Of a stretch of 55,015 nt of DNA, positions 28,624 to 38,832 are shown in pieces. The position numbers were made by a program, and so were the translations under genes. The notes beneath the pieces were generated by a model. It saw nothing but the letters and a program-made list of their open reading frames with translations, did no database searches and had not been told where the DNA came from. This DNA comes from Candidatus Saccharimonadales bacterium. Its GTDB lineage: Bacteria; Patescibacteriota; Saccharimonadia; Saccharimonadales; JBBQAJ01. Position 1 is the first letter of the stretch. Each line of letters begins with the position of its first letter. The stretch is from positions 1 to 55,015 of the forward strand of contig JBBRAK010000008.1 of assembly GCA_038206875.1 (NCBI GenBank). The letters are read 5' to 3'.

Positions 28624-28999
28624 TTTTTACTTCTTTGCTACCGGGCAAAGCTCCTAGGTCTTTTAGAGCTTCTCTGTAACTTATAAGCGCCTCTTTGACG
28701 TCTGTTTCTTTAAGTCTCAGTTTTGTGTCACTAGACAATTTTTTGACCAGGTTGTGAGCGTCCCAGATGTCGTCATTGTCAGTTATGAAGCGCTGAGCTT
28801 TTACAAGACGCTCACCCAATGTTTTGCCTCGAAAACGTCGCTTTTTTAGCGCTTTGTTTAGTAGAACATCCGCCGTTTGCAATGCTTCCGCCCATGTGTC
28901 CTTGTCCCTGCATAAACCTTGCAGTTCTTTCCACTCAGAAATAAATTTGGAAGTTCGTTTGATACGTTTTTTGGGACCGCGGAAAGGAATTATTTTCAC
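28613..28999 (-). CDS. Hypothetical protein with degenerate HEPN-like fold, inside gatCAB
   Basis: Overlaps both the gatA stop and the gatB start; AD.LL..AL...G.TLGERL...W.AH pattern. Confidence 0.7.
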   Translation of the reverse strand: MKIIPFRGPKKRIKRTSKFISEWKELQGLCRDKDTWAEALQTADVLLNKALKKRRFRGKTLGERLVKAQRFITDNDDIWDAHNLVKKLSSDTKLRLKETDVKEALISYREALKDLGALPGSKEVKNDN

Positions 29000-30420
29000 G
29001 CCAATACCTCCTGCGTTTTTTTGGCTAATCCTAGAAGCGCTCTGTCGTAATGCTGGGGAGCCATCAACTGTACGCCTATTGGCAATTTGTCACTCATTCC
29101 AGCCGGCACGCTAACTGACGGCACGCCCACCAAACTAGCCGCAACCGTCATAACATCACTCAGGTACATCTGCAGTGGGTCGGTGGCGTTTTGTCCAATC
29201 TTGAAAGCTTTTGAAGGGGCTACAGGACCTATTAGAAAATCGACTTTTTTGAACACATCGGTAAATTCATTTATAAGCTTGGTTCTTAGTTTCTGTGCTT
29301 TTTTATAATAAGCGTCGTAGTACCCGCTACTCAAAACGTATGTTCCAATCATGATTCTGCGTTTGGCTTCGGTGCCAAAGCCTTCGCTTCTGGACCAATT
29401 ATAGGAGTCGTCCAAACTTTTTGCGCCCGGCTTGGAAAAGCCATAGCGTTGACCATCATATCTGCTCAAGTTACTGCTGACTTCTGCGGGCATAAGTATG
29501 TAGTAGCAAGCTAGAGAAAGTGGGATACTCGGCAAACTGACATCGACTATTTCTGCGCCAGCTTTTTTTAGCTTTTCGGCGGTAGACAATATTTGGCCTT
29601 TTACGTCTTGGTCAACACCCTCTGACATATATTCTTTGATAAGACCGATTTTTTTGCCTTTTATGTCTGTGGAAAGTTCGCTGTAGCTAGTTTTGTCTCT
29701 GTCAATTGTAGTGCTGTCTAACTCATCTCGTCCTGAAATAACATCTATTACTACAGCCAAATCATCGATATTCCGCGTAATAGTGCCGACAGTGTCGGTG
29801 CTACTGGCCATTGCAACTATGCCAGAGCGTGAAATAAGCCCGTAGGTGGGTTTATATCCAACGCTTCCAGACAAACTAGCTGGTTGACGCGTAGAGCCAC
29901 CCGTATCTGTTCCCAGCGCAAAAGGTGCCATGTCTAGGACCACCGATGCCACTGAACCTCCAGATGACCCACCGGGAACCCGAGTTCTGTCATGAGGGTT
30001 TTTGGTGGTCGCAAAGTCGCTGTTTTCTGTTGATGCACCATGTCCAAAAGCATCCATATTGGCTTTGGCTACGCAGATTGCACCTTCTGCTTCTAGTTTT
30101 TGTATTGCAGTGGCCTGGTATGGCGCGTTGAAGCCTTTTAGGATATTGCTTGCAGCGGTAGTTTCGGAGCCAAATGTTAGGAAATTGTCTTTTGCAATAA
30201 ATGGCACTCCAGCCAGACGTCCTGCGTTTTCGCCGTTAGATACTATCTCATCAATTAGTTTTGCGCGTTGTTTTGCTCTAGCTTCTGTCGTAACTAGTAT
30301 CGCGTTGAACTCTTTATTTTTTTCAATTGTTGCAAGTGATTTAGCGACGAGGTCTACAGCTTTGGTTTTACCAGAGTTTACCTCGTCTGCAATTTCACTT
30401 ATTTTTTTCCATTGACTCAT
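28996..30420 (-). CDS. gatA: Asp/Glu-tRNA amidotransferase subunit A
   Basis: Amidase signature PGGSSGGS, GTDTGGSTRQPAS, SSNLSRYDG, RRIMIGTY. Confidence 0.97.
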   Translation of the reverse strand: MSQWKKISEIADEVNSGKTKAVDLVAKSLATIEKNKEFNAILVTTEARAKQRAKLIDEIVSNGENAGRLAGVPFIAKDNFLTFGSETTAASNILKGFNAPYQATAIQKLEAEGAICVAKANMDAFGHGASTENSDFATTKNPHDRTRVPGGSSGGSVASVVLDMAPFALGTDTGGSTRQPASLSGSVGYKPTYGLISRSGIVAMASSTDTVGTITRNIDDLAVVIDVISGRDELDSTTIDRDKTSYSELSTDIKGKKIGLIKEYMSEGVDQDVKGQILSTAEKLKKAGAEIVDVSLPSIPLSLACYYILMPAEVSSNLSRYDGQRYGFSKPGAKSLDDSYNWSRSEGFGTEAKRRIMIGTYVLSSGYYDAYYKKAQKLRTKLINEFTDVFKKVDFLIGPVAPSKAFKIGQNATDPLQMYLSDVMTVAASLVGVPSVSVPAGMSDKLPIGVQLMAPQHYDRALLGLAKKTQEVLA

Positions 30421-30710
30421 GTCAACATCCGTTTTACTTTTATGTGGCCGTCCAGAGTTGCCGGTGCGTTTTTAAGCAGTTCACGAGGCGACGCACCATA
30501 GTCAAACAGTTCGTCTTTTCGCATCACATTGGTCAAACCTGTCACTTGGTTGGTGGGTTTAACATCTTTTAAATCAACCGATTGCAATTGTTCAACATAC
30601 CCCAATATGGCACTGATTTCAGATGTAAATTGTTCGATTTCTTTGTCTGTCAAGTGCAGTCGAGACAGCTCGGCCAATTTTAATACATCATTCTTGGTAA
30701 GTTTTGCCAT
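30417..30710 (-). CDS. gatC: Asp/Glu-tRNA amidotransferase subunit C
   Basis: VLKLAELSRL, ILGYVEQL, NVMRKD, LLKNAP; first gene of the gat operon. Confidence 0.93.
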   Translation of the reverse strand: MAKLTKNDVLKLAELSRLHLTDKEIEQFTSEISAILGYVEQLQSVDLKDVKPTNQVTGLTNVMRKDELFDYGASPRELLKNAPATLDGHIKVKRMLT

Positions 30711-30805
30711 ATCCACTCATTATAACAGAGTAAATATAGTAATGTCTTTACAATTCAATTTTTTAGTAGCATGATAAGGATGAGCGTTAAACAGTTATAA
30801 CAAAT

Positions 30806-31975
30806 ATGCTGGAACTGGATATCCCCGATCACACCCTCCATGGGCATGAATTGCCTGATACTGAATTTGTCCCCACCGTAGAAGCAGTAAACTCTCATCA
30901 TCAAGCTGTTGCAGAATTGCCACCTTACGAAGTACACGTAGTCAAAAGAGAAACAATTGGCGAAATAGAAATCACACCTAGAGCGGAGTACAGTTCCGAA
31001 CTCGTGTACTTTTCTGATGGTGCCATAAGAGAATTGACTCGTGGTACTCCCAATGCAAGATATTTTGGTCAAAACCAATCCGACTTCCCGATTAGTGGGA
31101 CAGACGCACTTGGTACAGGCCCTAAAGGAATAAATAGAAAAATTATCACTGGACTAGTTGAGCTGGGCTACAACGTTGAATGGTTGCATCACCAAGGACG
31201 ACACGCAGAAATACCAACAGATATTGATGCCCTAAAGAAAATGGGTCATTTTTTGTTTGGAAAAAGCGTGGGGCGTTCTGCTCATCACCAACATGCGTTG
31301 TTTGATCATTTGTCGACATTCGGGGGAATTATTTATGACGACAGGCGTCTGCTAAGTGTTGGCGATTCTAGAGGCGCGATGACTGGCGAAGCGGTGGACG
31401 CGCTGGCACCACAATACGGAAGAAGTGTGTTGTTCAGCGACTACATAGCAGCGTGCTTTGAACACTCTCCTGGGGTAAAAAATATTCCAAATTTGTTGCG
31501 CATCATGATTCCCCGTGAGGGGCGAAGCCTGGGCAAACTGATAATTGAAAAAGCGATTGAAGTGGTGCGCACGGGAAACACCGACGAAATTACAGACTAT
31601 CTCGGGACCATCGATTTTCATCCAATGAATGTGACGCATGAGCTTGCGTGGTTATGGCCACTAATGAGCGGTGATGCCGGAAAATACAGTAAAGCTGTCC
31701 CGCTAGATGCAGTTGGAGTCCGAACACTAGAAGACAAGGACGTCATGTCACAACAGGAGTCATGGCAACATGAGTATAGTAAACGCCGTGGACTTCGTGT
31801 CATAAACAGAGATGGAACACATTTAGATTTAGTGCGTGAACAGCAAGTCAGAATAGACAGGTTTGAGCGACTTTTGACGGTAGTCAATGAACGCGATATT
31901 TCAGTCAGTGGTGTTCCACATGATGAAATGGACAAAGTTATTTACGGACAAGACTCTGAATCTTTTGCTGCCTAG
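30806..31975 (+). CDS. Orphan alpha/beta-hydrolase fold protein
   Basis: GDSRG nucleophile elbow, candidate Asp (DKD) and His (GTHLD) near the C-terminus. Confidence 0.6.
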   Translation: MLELDIPDHTLHGHELPDTEFVPTVEAVNSHHQAVAELPPYEVHVVKRETIGEIEITPRAEYSSELVYFSDGAIRELTRGTPNARYFGQNQSDFPISGTDALGTGPKGINRKIITGLVELGYNVEWLHHQGRHAEIPTDIDALKKMGHFLFGKSVGRSAHHQHALFDHLSTFGGIIYDDRRLLSVGDSRGAMTGEAVDALAPQYGRSVLFSDYIAACFEHSPGVKNIPNLLRIMIPREGRSLGKLIIEKAIEVVRTGNTDEITDYLGTIDFHPMNVTHELAWLWPLMSGDAGKYSKAVPLDAVGVRTLEDKDVMSQQESWQHEYSKRRGLRVINRDGTHLDLVREQQVRIDRFERLLTVVNERDISVSGVPHDEMDKVIYGQDSESFAA

Positions 31976-32000
31976 AACGTGAAACGAATATTTGGAATTA

Positions 32001-32354
32001 TTATTCTTCAACCGCAGGGATTTCAAGTAAATGCTGAAGTGCTACTTCTGCAAGGGGATTTTTATTTGCTTGGAGTAGCTCAACTATCCAATTTGGATCT
32101 TCTGCTTCGGTTGGAATAGGAGGCACAAATCTGCCTTTACCGTCACCATGAGAATAATCTAGATCTCGAACATACAACAAACTTTCTGTCGATACAGTTT
32201 CTTGTCCTGGCTGTTGGACTACAGTAGTGACTATTGGTGGTTCGACAGTTTTATCCATGACCCGAAGTACAAAACCTCGTGACTCACCGGCGGCCAACTC
32301 CCGAAAAGTTAATCCATTTCTAGTTAATCTATTGCGTGCAGTTTCTTTTGCCAT
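32001..32354 (-). CDS. Hypothetical protein
   Basis: ORF filling the space between neighbours; ATG 32354 (MAKETARN) is the likely start. Confidence 0.55.
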   Translation of the reverse strand: MAKETARNRLTRNGLTFRELAAGESRGFVLRVMDKTVEPPIVTTVVQQPGQETVSTESLLYVRDLDYSHGDGKGRFVPPIPTEAEDPNWIVELLQANKNPLAEVALQHLLEIPAVEE

Positions 32355-32425
32355 AAAACATATGTTAACACATGGTGGCATAATAGCGACTCTTCTGAAT
32401 ATCTCCGGCAAGTGATTACGTGATT

Positions 32426-33217
32426 CTATTTCTCGTCGCCAAATTCGCCCAGATCACTCAAGTCGTCAATTTCGTCTGACCATATTTCAACCTGGTGTTT
32501 CAGTACGTACCGAGCTACTCGTAATAGGGGTGAAATCTCCAAAGCACAATTCTTTGGCTCAACTAAAAACTTCTGTATAGACCTACGTGTGACTTCAAGG
32601 ACTTGTCCACTGGCCATTTCAATTTAAACGACGTTGTTTGCCATTAGCAAAATAATGTTAGCAAAGTAATTATCTGAAATATCGAAACTCAAAACCGGCA
32701 AGTCAACTAACCATAGTTTTGGAGCTTGGTCAGCGCTATCCCCGCCAATCGTACCTAACATGTACTGCCCTGCGCTATCTATATCTGCAGGCATTCGTAG
32801 ACCACTTTCTCTTGCATCAGACTCCGCGCCCAACAATGCAGTCCATGTTTGATCAACATTTGCCAATAACTCAGCCGTAGGATTTGTTTTCAAAGTCTCA
32901 AGTAAATCGACGCCCTCGACTCTTTTAGTCACGACATAAGCCTGTCCGTCATGTTCAAGCATTTTGTAAGGCAGTACGTTTATGCCACGCCCCCGTAGCA
33001 CTGACGTAGAATCAAGTGAAACGCCTACATCTTCTGGATTTTCGCCTCGATTTACCCTAACAAATAGGTCAGGATGCCCCACAACGTAGTATTTTTCCGT
33101 ATCACGATGTTTTGCGTTTAGCTCATCTGCCGGCACAAGAGCAGTATCTAGGAGTCCTTCCATGTTTGGAGGGAGCACAAGCTTATCAAAACCAGGCGAC
33201 TCAAATGGGACTGTCAT
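32426..33217 (-). pseudogene. Protein-kinase-like gene interrupted by one in-frame TAA (32626-32624)
   Basis: The 197 aa and 63 aa ORFs are in the same frame, joined by TAA ATT GAA ATG; kinase-like YVVTKRVEG.DL, PADID...Q and WLVDL motifs. Confidence 0.6.
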
Positions 33218-33371
33218 AAATCATATTTTATCATGATTTTGAGATATTGTCTATACTGTAACACATAGTATATCTAGCCAGCTAAACCGAATCAATCCTG
33301 ATAGAAACTAATACATAAAATTTTACACATTTATTGTAAAGTTGGTTATTATTACAAAACTACCGAAAAAA

Positions 33372-35336
33372 TCATATTCTGGCTTTTATGTCGGTGATGA
33401 TATCGCGGAGTTCGGCGGCTTTTTCGAATTCTAGGTTGGCGGAGGCTAGGTCCATTTGGGAGGTTAGGTCGCGTATTAGGTGGCCGTATTCGTCTTTTGG
33501 AATCTTATTGAGATTTAGTTTTGGTTTTTTGTCACCATCTGGCAATTCTGGGCGCATGCCTTTTTCTACACTTTTGATAATTCCTTCGGCTGTTATGCCG
33601 TGTTTTTTGTTGTAGTCCTCTTGGATTTTGCGCCTGCGGGTAGTTTCGTCGATTGTGCGTTGCATACTACCGGTTATTTTGTCGGCATACATTATGACTC
33701 TGCCGTCTATGTGTCTGGCGGCGCGTCCGACGGTCTGGACAAGTGCTTGTTCGCTTCGCAGAAATCCTTCTTTGTCGGCGTCAAGAATTGCCACCAGGCT
33801 AACTTCTGGCAAATCCAAACCTTCTCTGAGCAAGTTAATTCCCACCACAACGTCATATACCCCGAGACGTAAATCCCGCAAAATATCCGTCCTGTCTAGT
33901 GTGTCAACGTCGCTGTGCAGATACGTGACTTTTATGTTTAGCTCTTTTAGATAGTCGGTTAAATCTTCTGACATTCGCTTGGTAAGCGTGGTCACCAACA
34001 CCCGCTGGTGTTTGGCAGTGGTTTGTTTGATTTCGTGTAGCAAATCATCTATCTGCCCCTCTATAGGTCGGACTTCAATAATTGGGTCGATAAGTCCTGT
34101 CGGACGTATAACTTGCTGAACTGGCTTTGGACTCCGGGATAGTTCATATTCGGCAGGCGTGGCACTGACATATATAACTTTGTTTATATGTTTTTCAAAC
34201 TCTACAAATGTAAGTGGTCTATTGTCGAGGGCACTGGGCAGTCGAAATCCGTGTTCTACCAACACTTCTTTGCGTGCTCTGTCGCCGTTGTACATACCTC
34301 TGACTTGGGGCAAGCTCATATGAGACTCATCTACCAGTAGCAGATAATCGTCTGGGAAATAGTCCAACAGCGTTGCTGGCTGTTCGCCAGCTTCTCTATC
34401 TGTCAAATACCGACTGTAATTTTCTATGCCTTTTACAAACCCGGTTTCTTCTAACATCTCCAGGTCAAAATTCGTCCTCTGTTGCAAACGCTGGGCTTCG
34501 AGCAACAGTCCGTGTTTTTTGAAATACCCTAGTCGCTCGCCAAGTTCTTGCTGTATTTGCACCAGCGCGCCTTTTAGTTTTTCGGCAGGAGTTACATAGT
34601 GACTACTGGGAAACACTTTGATACTCGTTAGAACATTTTCAATCTCTCCAGTCAGCGGATTGATTTGGGTAATTCGCTCGACTTCGTCGCCGAACAGTTC
34701 AACTCTATAGGCTACTTCTTCACCGGCTGGGAATATGTCCAACACGTCACCACGGACTCGAAATGTCCCACGGTGAAAATCTATATCATTGCGCTGGTAC
34801 TGTATGTCTGTAAGTTGCCGGAGTAATTTGTCTCGAACCCGTCGTTCGCCTTTTTTGATAACCACAGACAGGCTATTGTAGTCATCTACAGAGCCAATCC
34901 CATATATACAACTGACACTAGCTACAATAATTACGTCTTTTCTAGTAAGTAGCGAATCGGTTGCGGCATGTCGCAATCTGTCGATTTCTTCGTTTATCTG
35001 GCTGTCTTTTTCTATATATGTATCGCTTCGGGCTATGTATGCTTCGGGCTGGTAGTAGTCAAAATAGCTTACAAAATAGTGTACTGCATTGTCAGGAAAG
35101 AAATTTTTAAATTCATTGTATAGCTGTGCTGCTAGGGTTTTGTTATGGCTCAAAACAAGCGTTGGTTTTTGGACATTTTGTATGACGTTTGCCATGGTAA
35201 ATGTTTTACCCGAGCCGGTGACACCTAACAATGTTTGTTCTTTGACACCCTTATTCAACCCCTCGGTTAGCGCAGAAATTGCCCTAGGCTGGTCACCAGT
35301 AGGCACATACTCAGATTTGATTCGAAACTTAGTCAT
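33372..35336 (-). CDS. uvrB: Excinuclease ABC subunit B
   Basis: [39 protein letters not shown]-terminal UVR domain. Confidence 0.98.
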   Translation of the reverse strand: MTKFRIKSEYVPTGDQPRAISALTEGLNKGVKEQTLLGVTGSGKTFTMANVIQNVQKPTLVLSHNKTLAAQLYNEFKNFFPDNAVHYFVSYFDYYQPEAYIARSDTYIEKDSQINEEIDRLRHAATDSLLTRKDVIIVASVSCIYGIGSVDDYNSLSVVIKKGERRVRDKLLRQLTDIQYQRNDIDFHRGTFRVRGDVLDIFPAGEEVAYRVELFGDEVERITQINPLTGEIENVLTSIKVFPSSHYVTPAEKLKGALVQIQQELGERLGYFKKHGLLLEAQRLQQRTNFDLEMLEETGFVKGIENYSRYLTDREAGEQPATLLDYFPDDYLLLVDESHMSLPQVRGMYNGDRARKEVLVEHGFRLPSALDNRPLTFVEFEKHINKVIYVSATPAEYELSRSPKPVQQVIRPTGLIDPIIEVRPIEGQIDDLLHEIKQTTAKHQRVLVTTLTKRMSEDLTDYLKELNIKVTYLHSDVDTLDRTDILRDLRLGVYDVVVGINLLREGLDLPEVSLVAILDADKEGFLRSEQALVQTVGRAARHIDGRVIMYADKITGSMQRTIDETTRRRKIQEDYNKKHGITAEGIIKSVEKGMRPELPDGDKKPKLNLNKIPKDEYGHLIRDLTSQMDLASANLEFEKAAELRDIITDIKARI

Positions 35337-35384
35337 CAATACATTGTATCAATTATTTTGTATCTACAATACGAAGATGTCTTG

Positions 35385-35990
35385 TTAGCCTTGGTGGTGG
35401 TGTTCTGTTTCCATGAACCATTCTGCACTTAGAGATTTTGTGTTTATTTCTTTGTACTCTATGTCCAGCATTTTGATTATTTTTTGCACCAACCTCTCAG
35501 GGTCGTCATCAAAAATAACCATATCTTTGTTGATAGGCTCAAGTCGTTCCATGAGCTCATCGATTATATCTGCCGTACCGCCACTTCCAGTCAATACTCC
35601 ACATGGCATGCGTGATTCTAACGCAGTTGTAAATTCATGCAAGCTCCCGAACCTACCACCAACGGTGATTATTGCATCACTTGACTGGACAAGGTGCACA
35701 TCTCTTCCAACATAATGCATGCCGGTAAAATTGATAAAGTCAAAAACGCCTATAGGCAAACGATATTTTGCAACATGTTCTCGCAAAGATGAAGCCGGCG
35801 AAAAGCCAATGCTAACTCCCCCGGCTTCTTTGGCTGCCTTTGCAGCATAGAACGGCAGACCAACAGTAGCTCCGGTAGTCACCATATGTCCTTTTTTGGC
35901 AATCTCAGCTCCCAGCCTCTGTGCAAGTCCGGATGCTGATTTTACGGTTTTACCGGACGCTGCTCCCGATACACATATGGCATAGTTCAT
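35385..35990 (-). CDS. LOG/SLOG superfamily protein
   Basis: A..LG..IA, TGA..G, GFSP, GR...LVQSSDA, GGRFGSLHE, GSGG.AD. Confidence 0.8.
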   Translation of the reverse strand: MNYAICVSGAASGKTVKSASGLAQRLGAEIAKKGHMVTTGATVGLPFYAAKAAKEAGGVSIGFSPASSLREHVAKYRLPIGVFDFINFTGMHYVGRDVHLVQSSDAIITVGGRFGSLHEFTTALESRMPCGVLTGSGGTADIIDELMERLEPINKDMVIFDDDPERLVQKIIKMLDIEYKEINTKSLSAEWFMETEHHHQG

Positions 35991-37243
35991 ACTGCGAAGT
36001 CCAAATCCATAACGTGTGGTTGCACTGATATTGTTTGTTCATCTAACTGACGCAAAATTTGGTTTTCTAGAGACCTTTGGCCAAAATATCTTGCGTATAG
36101 TTCGTTCCATAGACCTTCTTGCATATGATAGTAAACACGGTTTTCGTATGACACTCCATTTACCAAGTTCATCGCCATGTCGGTAAGCCCAAAGCTTAGC
36201 GGACCATCTCTCTGTGGCAATCCAACATAGTCCAGATCAAGCCAAAAGTGCAGCGCAGGTTCCAGCCGGTACAAAACAGCTTCGGCCTTACGATATGACA
36301 AATCTTCTGGTTGGACATGTGGTTCAAATAGCTCAGGGTGGTTTAACCTACCAGAAGTTCCATAATATCTGTGAACAACTCGCCAATGTACTGGGTGACC
36401 GGCAATTGTAACATGATCGTTTTTTTGATGAAGTATATGTTCGACCAATAGTTTTCCAAAATCTGGGCGCATGTGATGGAATTTACAATATGTACTAAAC
36501 GCCCTAATTTCATTTATGTAGTGAAGTGTTAGAAGTAAACTTGTTAGGGTCAAGCCAACCGGACGGTTTATCTGCAGGGGGAGCAATACGACCGCACCGA
36601 CTTCAGGTGTATGAATTATGCTACTATGTTTGGCTCCCCCAAGTGATTGTCCTACCTTTTCCCAGCGTTTTTCAGACAAATGTTCTATTTCTATGTTACG
36701 AACTTCAAAATCATTTGGAAGAAGTTTTTTGTATGAATTCACGAATTTTTCTTGCCACGGCGCAGGTTCAGTATGCCTGGCCACCGCTAGCAAAATTGTT
36801 GGTGATTCTCGCTTGAGCAAGGAATCCAGAGAACGATAATTTAGCTGTTTCATAAGTGTTTTTGGTGGCATTGCCCTAAGAAGTCTTTTTGCGGATGTTG
36901 ACTTGAGAGCCCAGGAATGTTTTGGAAACTTCATACGGTTTACTATTTTTACTACCGCTCTTGAAATCTGACTTGTATCGTTTGAGTCATCTATTCCTAG
37001 ACGTTTAACTAGAAAGCTGTCGTGCAAAGATGCCAAGCTCAATAGTGATAAATACAATTCACTAGGTGTAGTGTCGTTTGGATCTAGGCCCATTTCTCGC
37101 ATTTTCATATGGATTCTGCCATAGATTTCACCGGTAAGCCTAAGATCTATGCCAGGGTTGCCTGAATGTAGCTCCATGCGAGCCACCAGCTCCTGCACAA
37201 CACGATTGTCTGCTCCAACCAAATCTGCTACCAATTTACACAC
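35987..37243 (-). CDS. Hypothetical protein
   Basis: 418 aa ORF, GTG start after AAGGA, ATGA overlap with the LOG gene. Confidence 0.8.
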   Translation of the reverse strand: MCKLVADLVGADNRVVQELVARMELHSGNPGIDLRLTGEIYGRIHMKMREMGLDPNDTTPSELYLSLLSLASLHDSFLVKRLGIDDSNDTSQISRAVVKIVNRMKFPKHSWALKSTSAKRLLRAMPPKTLMKQLNYRSLDSLLKRESPTILLAVARHTEPAPWQEKFVNSYKKLLPNDFEVRNIEIEHLSEKRWEKVGQSLGGAKHSSIIHTPEVGAVVLLPLQINRPVGLTLTSLLLTLHYINEIRAFSTYCKFHHMRPDFGKLLVEHILHQKNDHVTIAGHPVHWRVVHRYYGTSGRLNHPELFEPHVQPEDLSYRKAEAVLYRLEPALHFWLDLDYVGLPQRDGPLSFGLTDMAMNLVNGVSYENRVYYHMQEGLWNELYARYFGQRSLENQILRQLDEQTISVQPHVMDLDFAV

Positions 37244-37308
37244 GTTTTGCTTATCCTTTGTTGATTAACATAAGCATATCATCAGAGGTTATTTCAGTAA
37301 AGGTTGGA

Positions 37309-38775
37309 TTAATTTTGGGCTTGTTCTGAACGAATGATTTCTAGCTCATGCGCTCGCGCAGATTGAATTTTTTCATGTATTTCAATTTCATGTTGTTCAA
37401 TCCAGGCAAATGGCGCTTGTGCCAAACTACCTAGTTTTGCCACTGCAGCCACATGACGCAACCCTCTACTAGTATTTGGAAACCTGGACCCTGTCATAAG
37501 ATCAAAAAGTTGCGAACCACCCAATAAGCCTGTAGCTACTTTGCCCGAAAATATTGATTTTGTATCAATACCGCGTCTCATGAAAGGTGCACGAAGCGCT
37601 AACATTCCAAGGTCCCTGGAAACTGGCAAAATAGCCTCGAGAGTATTAATTGATTCTTGTGGTACGAGCGTAAATATGTCGGTTACTGCAGACGAAATAT
37701 GATCAATGTTCTGATCTATAAATCCACCTTTTTTGGTTGCTCCATCTTTGTGAGCCCTAGCTGCAATACCATCTCCTGCATCGGTGACAATACTAAGCAG
37801 TACCAGCCCTGCGGAAATTTTGCGTTTCGTTTCGATATCTAGGTTGCTTTTATTTAGGCAAATCAACCCTAAAGCAATAGCTAAACGGGAATACGTCAAC
37901 CAGTCGGCGGTAGTTCGACCATGTTCATGCAAATACGATTTTAATTTTTCCGAAGGTTGTTCGCCGTAGTAATCAATTGCACCTTTTACAAAATTTAATG
38001 CTTTTATATACCCTGGTTCCCTCAACAGTGCTAATTGTTCAGAGGTAAGGGGTATATCGTCTACACCTAAACCTACAATGTTGTCGGTTCCATCTGGCAC
38101 CAAATCTTCACGAAATAGATTTGTCACAGTTGCTAATGGTGATTCTTTCAGTGCCATAACTGTTTCTAGGTCTATTTGTTCTCGTAGTCTTGGGGTCAAA
38201 AGCAAATGTGCGCGTAACCTCATGATTGATTCAAACGGGTCTCGAACCAACCTATCGCCAATATGTCGGTTATCACCAAAAGGGCGCGTCCATCCAAGAT
38301 GTTGAACTCCAGCAAATCTACCGGCCCGAATACCTGCAGAAACCTTATCGTCTACAATTCCAATATTTGCGGGGTCTACTTCAAAATGATTTTGAGCTTG
38401 AAATATCATAAATGGGCTTGGTTTGCGCCTTTCGCCCTCAATCGGATAGAAAATTCTTTCTGCACTGACCTGCTCACCCCATCCTGCTAGCATTGTGCGG
38501 TCGGATTCGTCAGAAACCTTGAAGTTTGATAAAAGAGCTACGTTTTCAATTCCAGCAACCCGCGCTTGATTCACCCATTCGACATGAGCAGGTTCAAGTT
38601 CCTCCGAACCTGTCGCGCCCAAATTAGCTTCTACATCCAGCAATAAAGTCGTTACACCTTCGTGCACCCAGCGTTCTATATCAATGTCGGTTATTCTATA
38701 GTGCGGTGCTTCAGTTGGTAGGTATGAATCCCAATATCCTTCGTTTGGCACAGCTTCAGCATATGCAGTACTCAA
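37309..38775 (-). CDS. YqeG-like HAD phosphatase fused to a CDP-alcohol phosphatidyltransferase
   Basis: N-terminal LLLDVE/LSN/RKP/VDD motifs; C-terminal DAGDGIAAR...GGFIDQNID signature with TM helices; TTG start after AGGAG. Confidence 0.75.
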   Translation of the reverse strand: MSTAYAEAVPNEGYWDSYLPTEAPHYRITDIDIERWVHEGVTTLLLDVEANLGATGSEELEPAHVEWVNQARVAGIENVALLSNFKVSDESDRTMLAGWGEQVSAERIFYPIEGERRKPSPFMIFQAQNHFEVDPANIGIVDDKVSAGIRAGRFAGVQHLGWTRPFGDNRHIGDRLVRDPFESIMRLRAHLLLTPRLREQIDLETVMALKESPLATVTNLFREDLVPDGTDNIVGLGVDDIPLTSEQLALLREPGYIKALNFVKGAIDYYGEQPSEKLKSYLHEHGRTTADWLTYSRLAIALGLICLNKSNLDIETKRKISAGLVLLSIVTDAGDGIAARAHKDGATKKGGFIDQNIDHISSAVTDIFTLVPQESINTLEAILPVSRDLGMLALRAPFMRRGIDTKSIFSGKVATGLLGGSQLFDLMTGSRFPNTSRGLRHVAAVAKLGSLAQAPFAWIEQHEIEIHEKIQSARAHELEIIRSEQAQN

Positions 38776-38832
38776 TTTAACTCCTAGACAATTTTCAATA
38801 CTATACCATAGTATCTAAATTGTAACTAGCCA

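Noticed and set aside
33218-33371. Long AT-rich intergenic region as a possible ncRNA or origin
   Set aside because: No convincing hairpin, tRNA fold or DnaA-box cluster is visible
33372-33374. Possible TGA recoding (code 25)
   Set aside because: uvrB, malic enzyme, gatA and gatC end at TGA at their expected lengths
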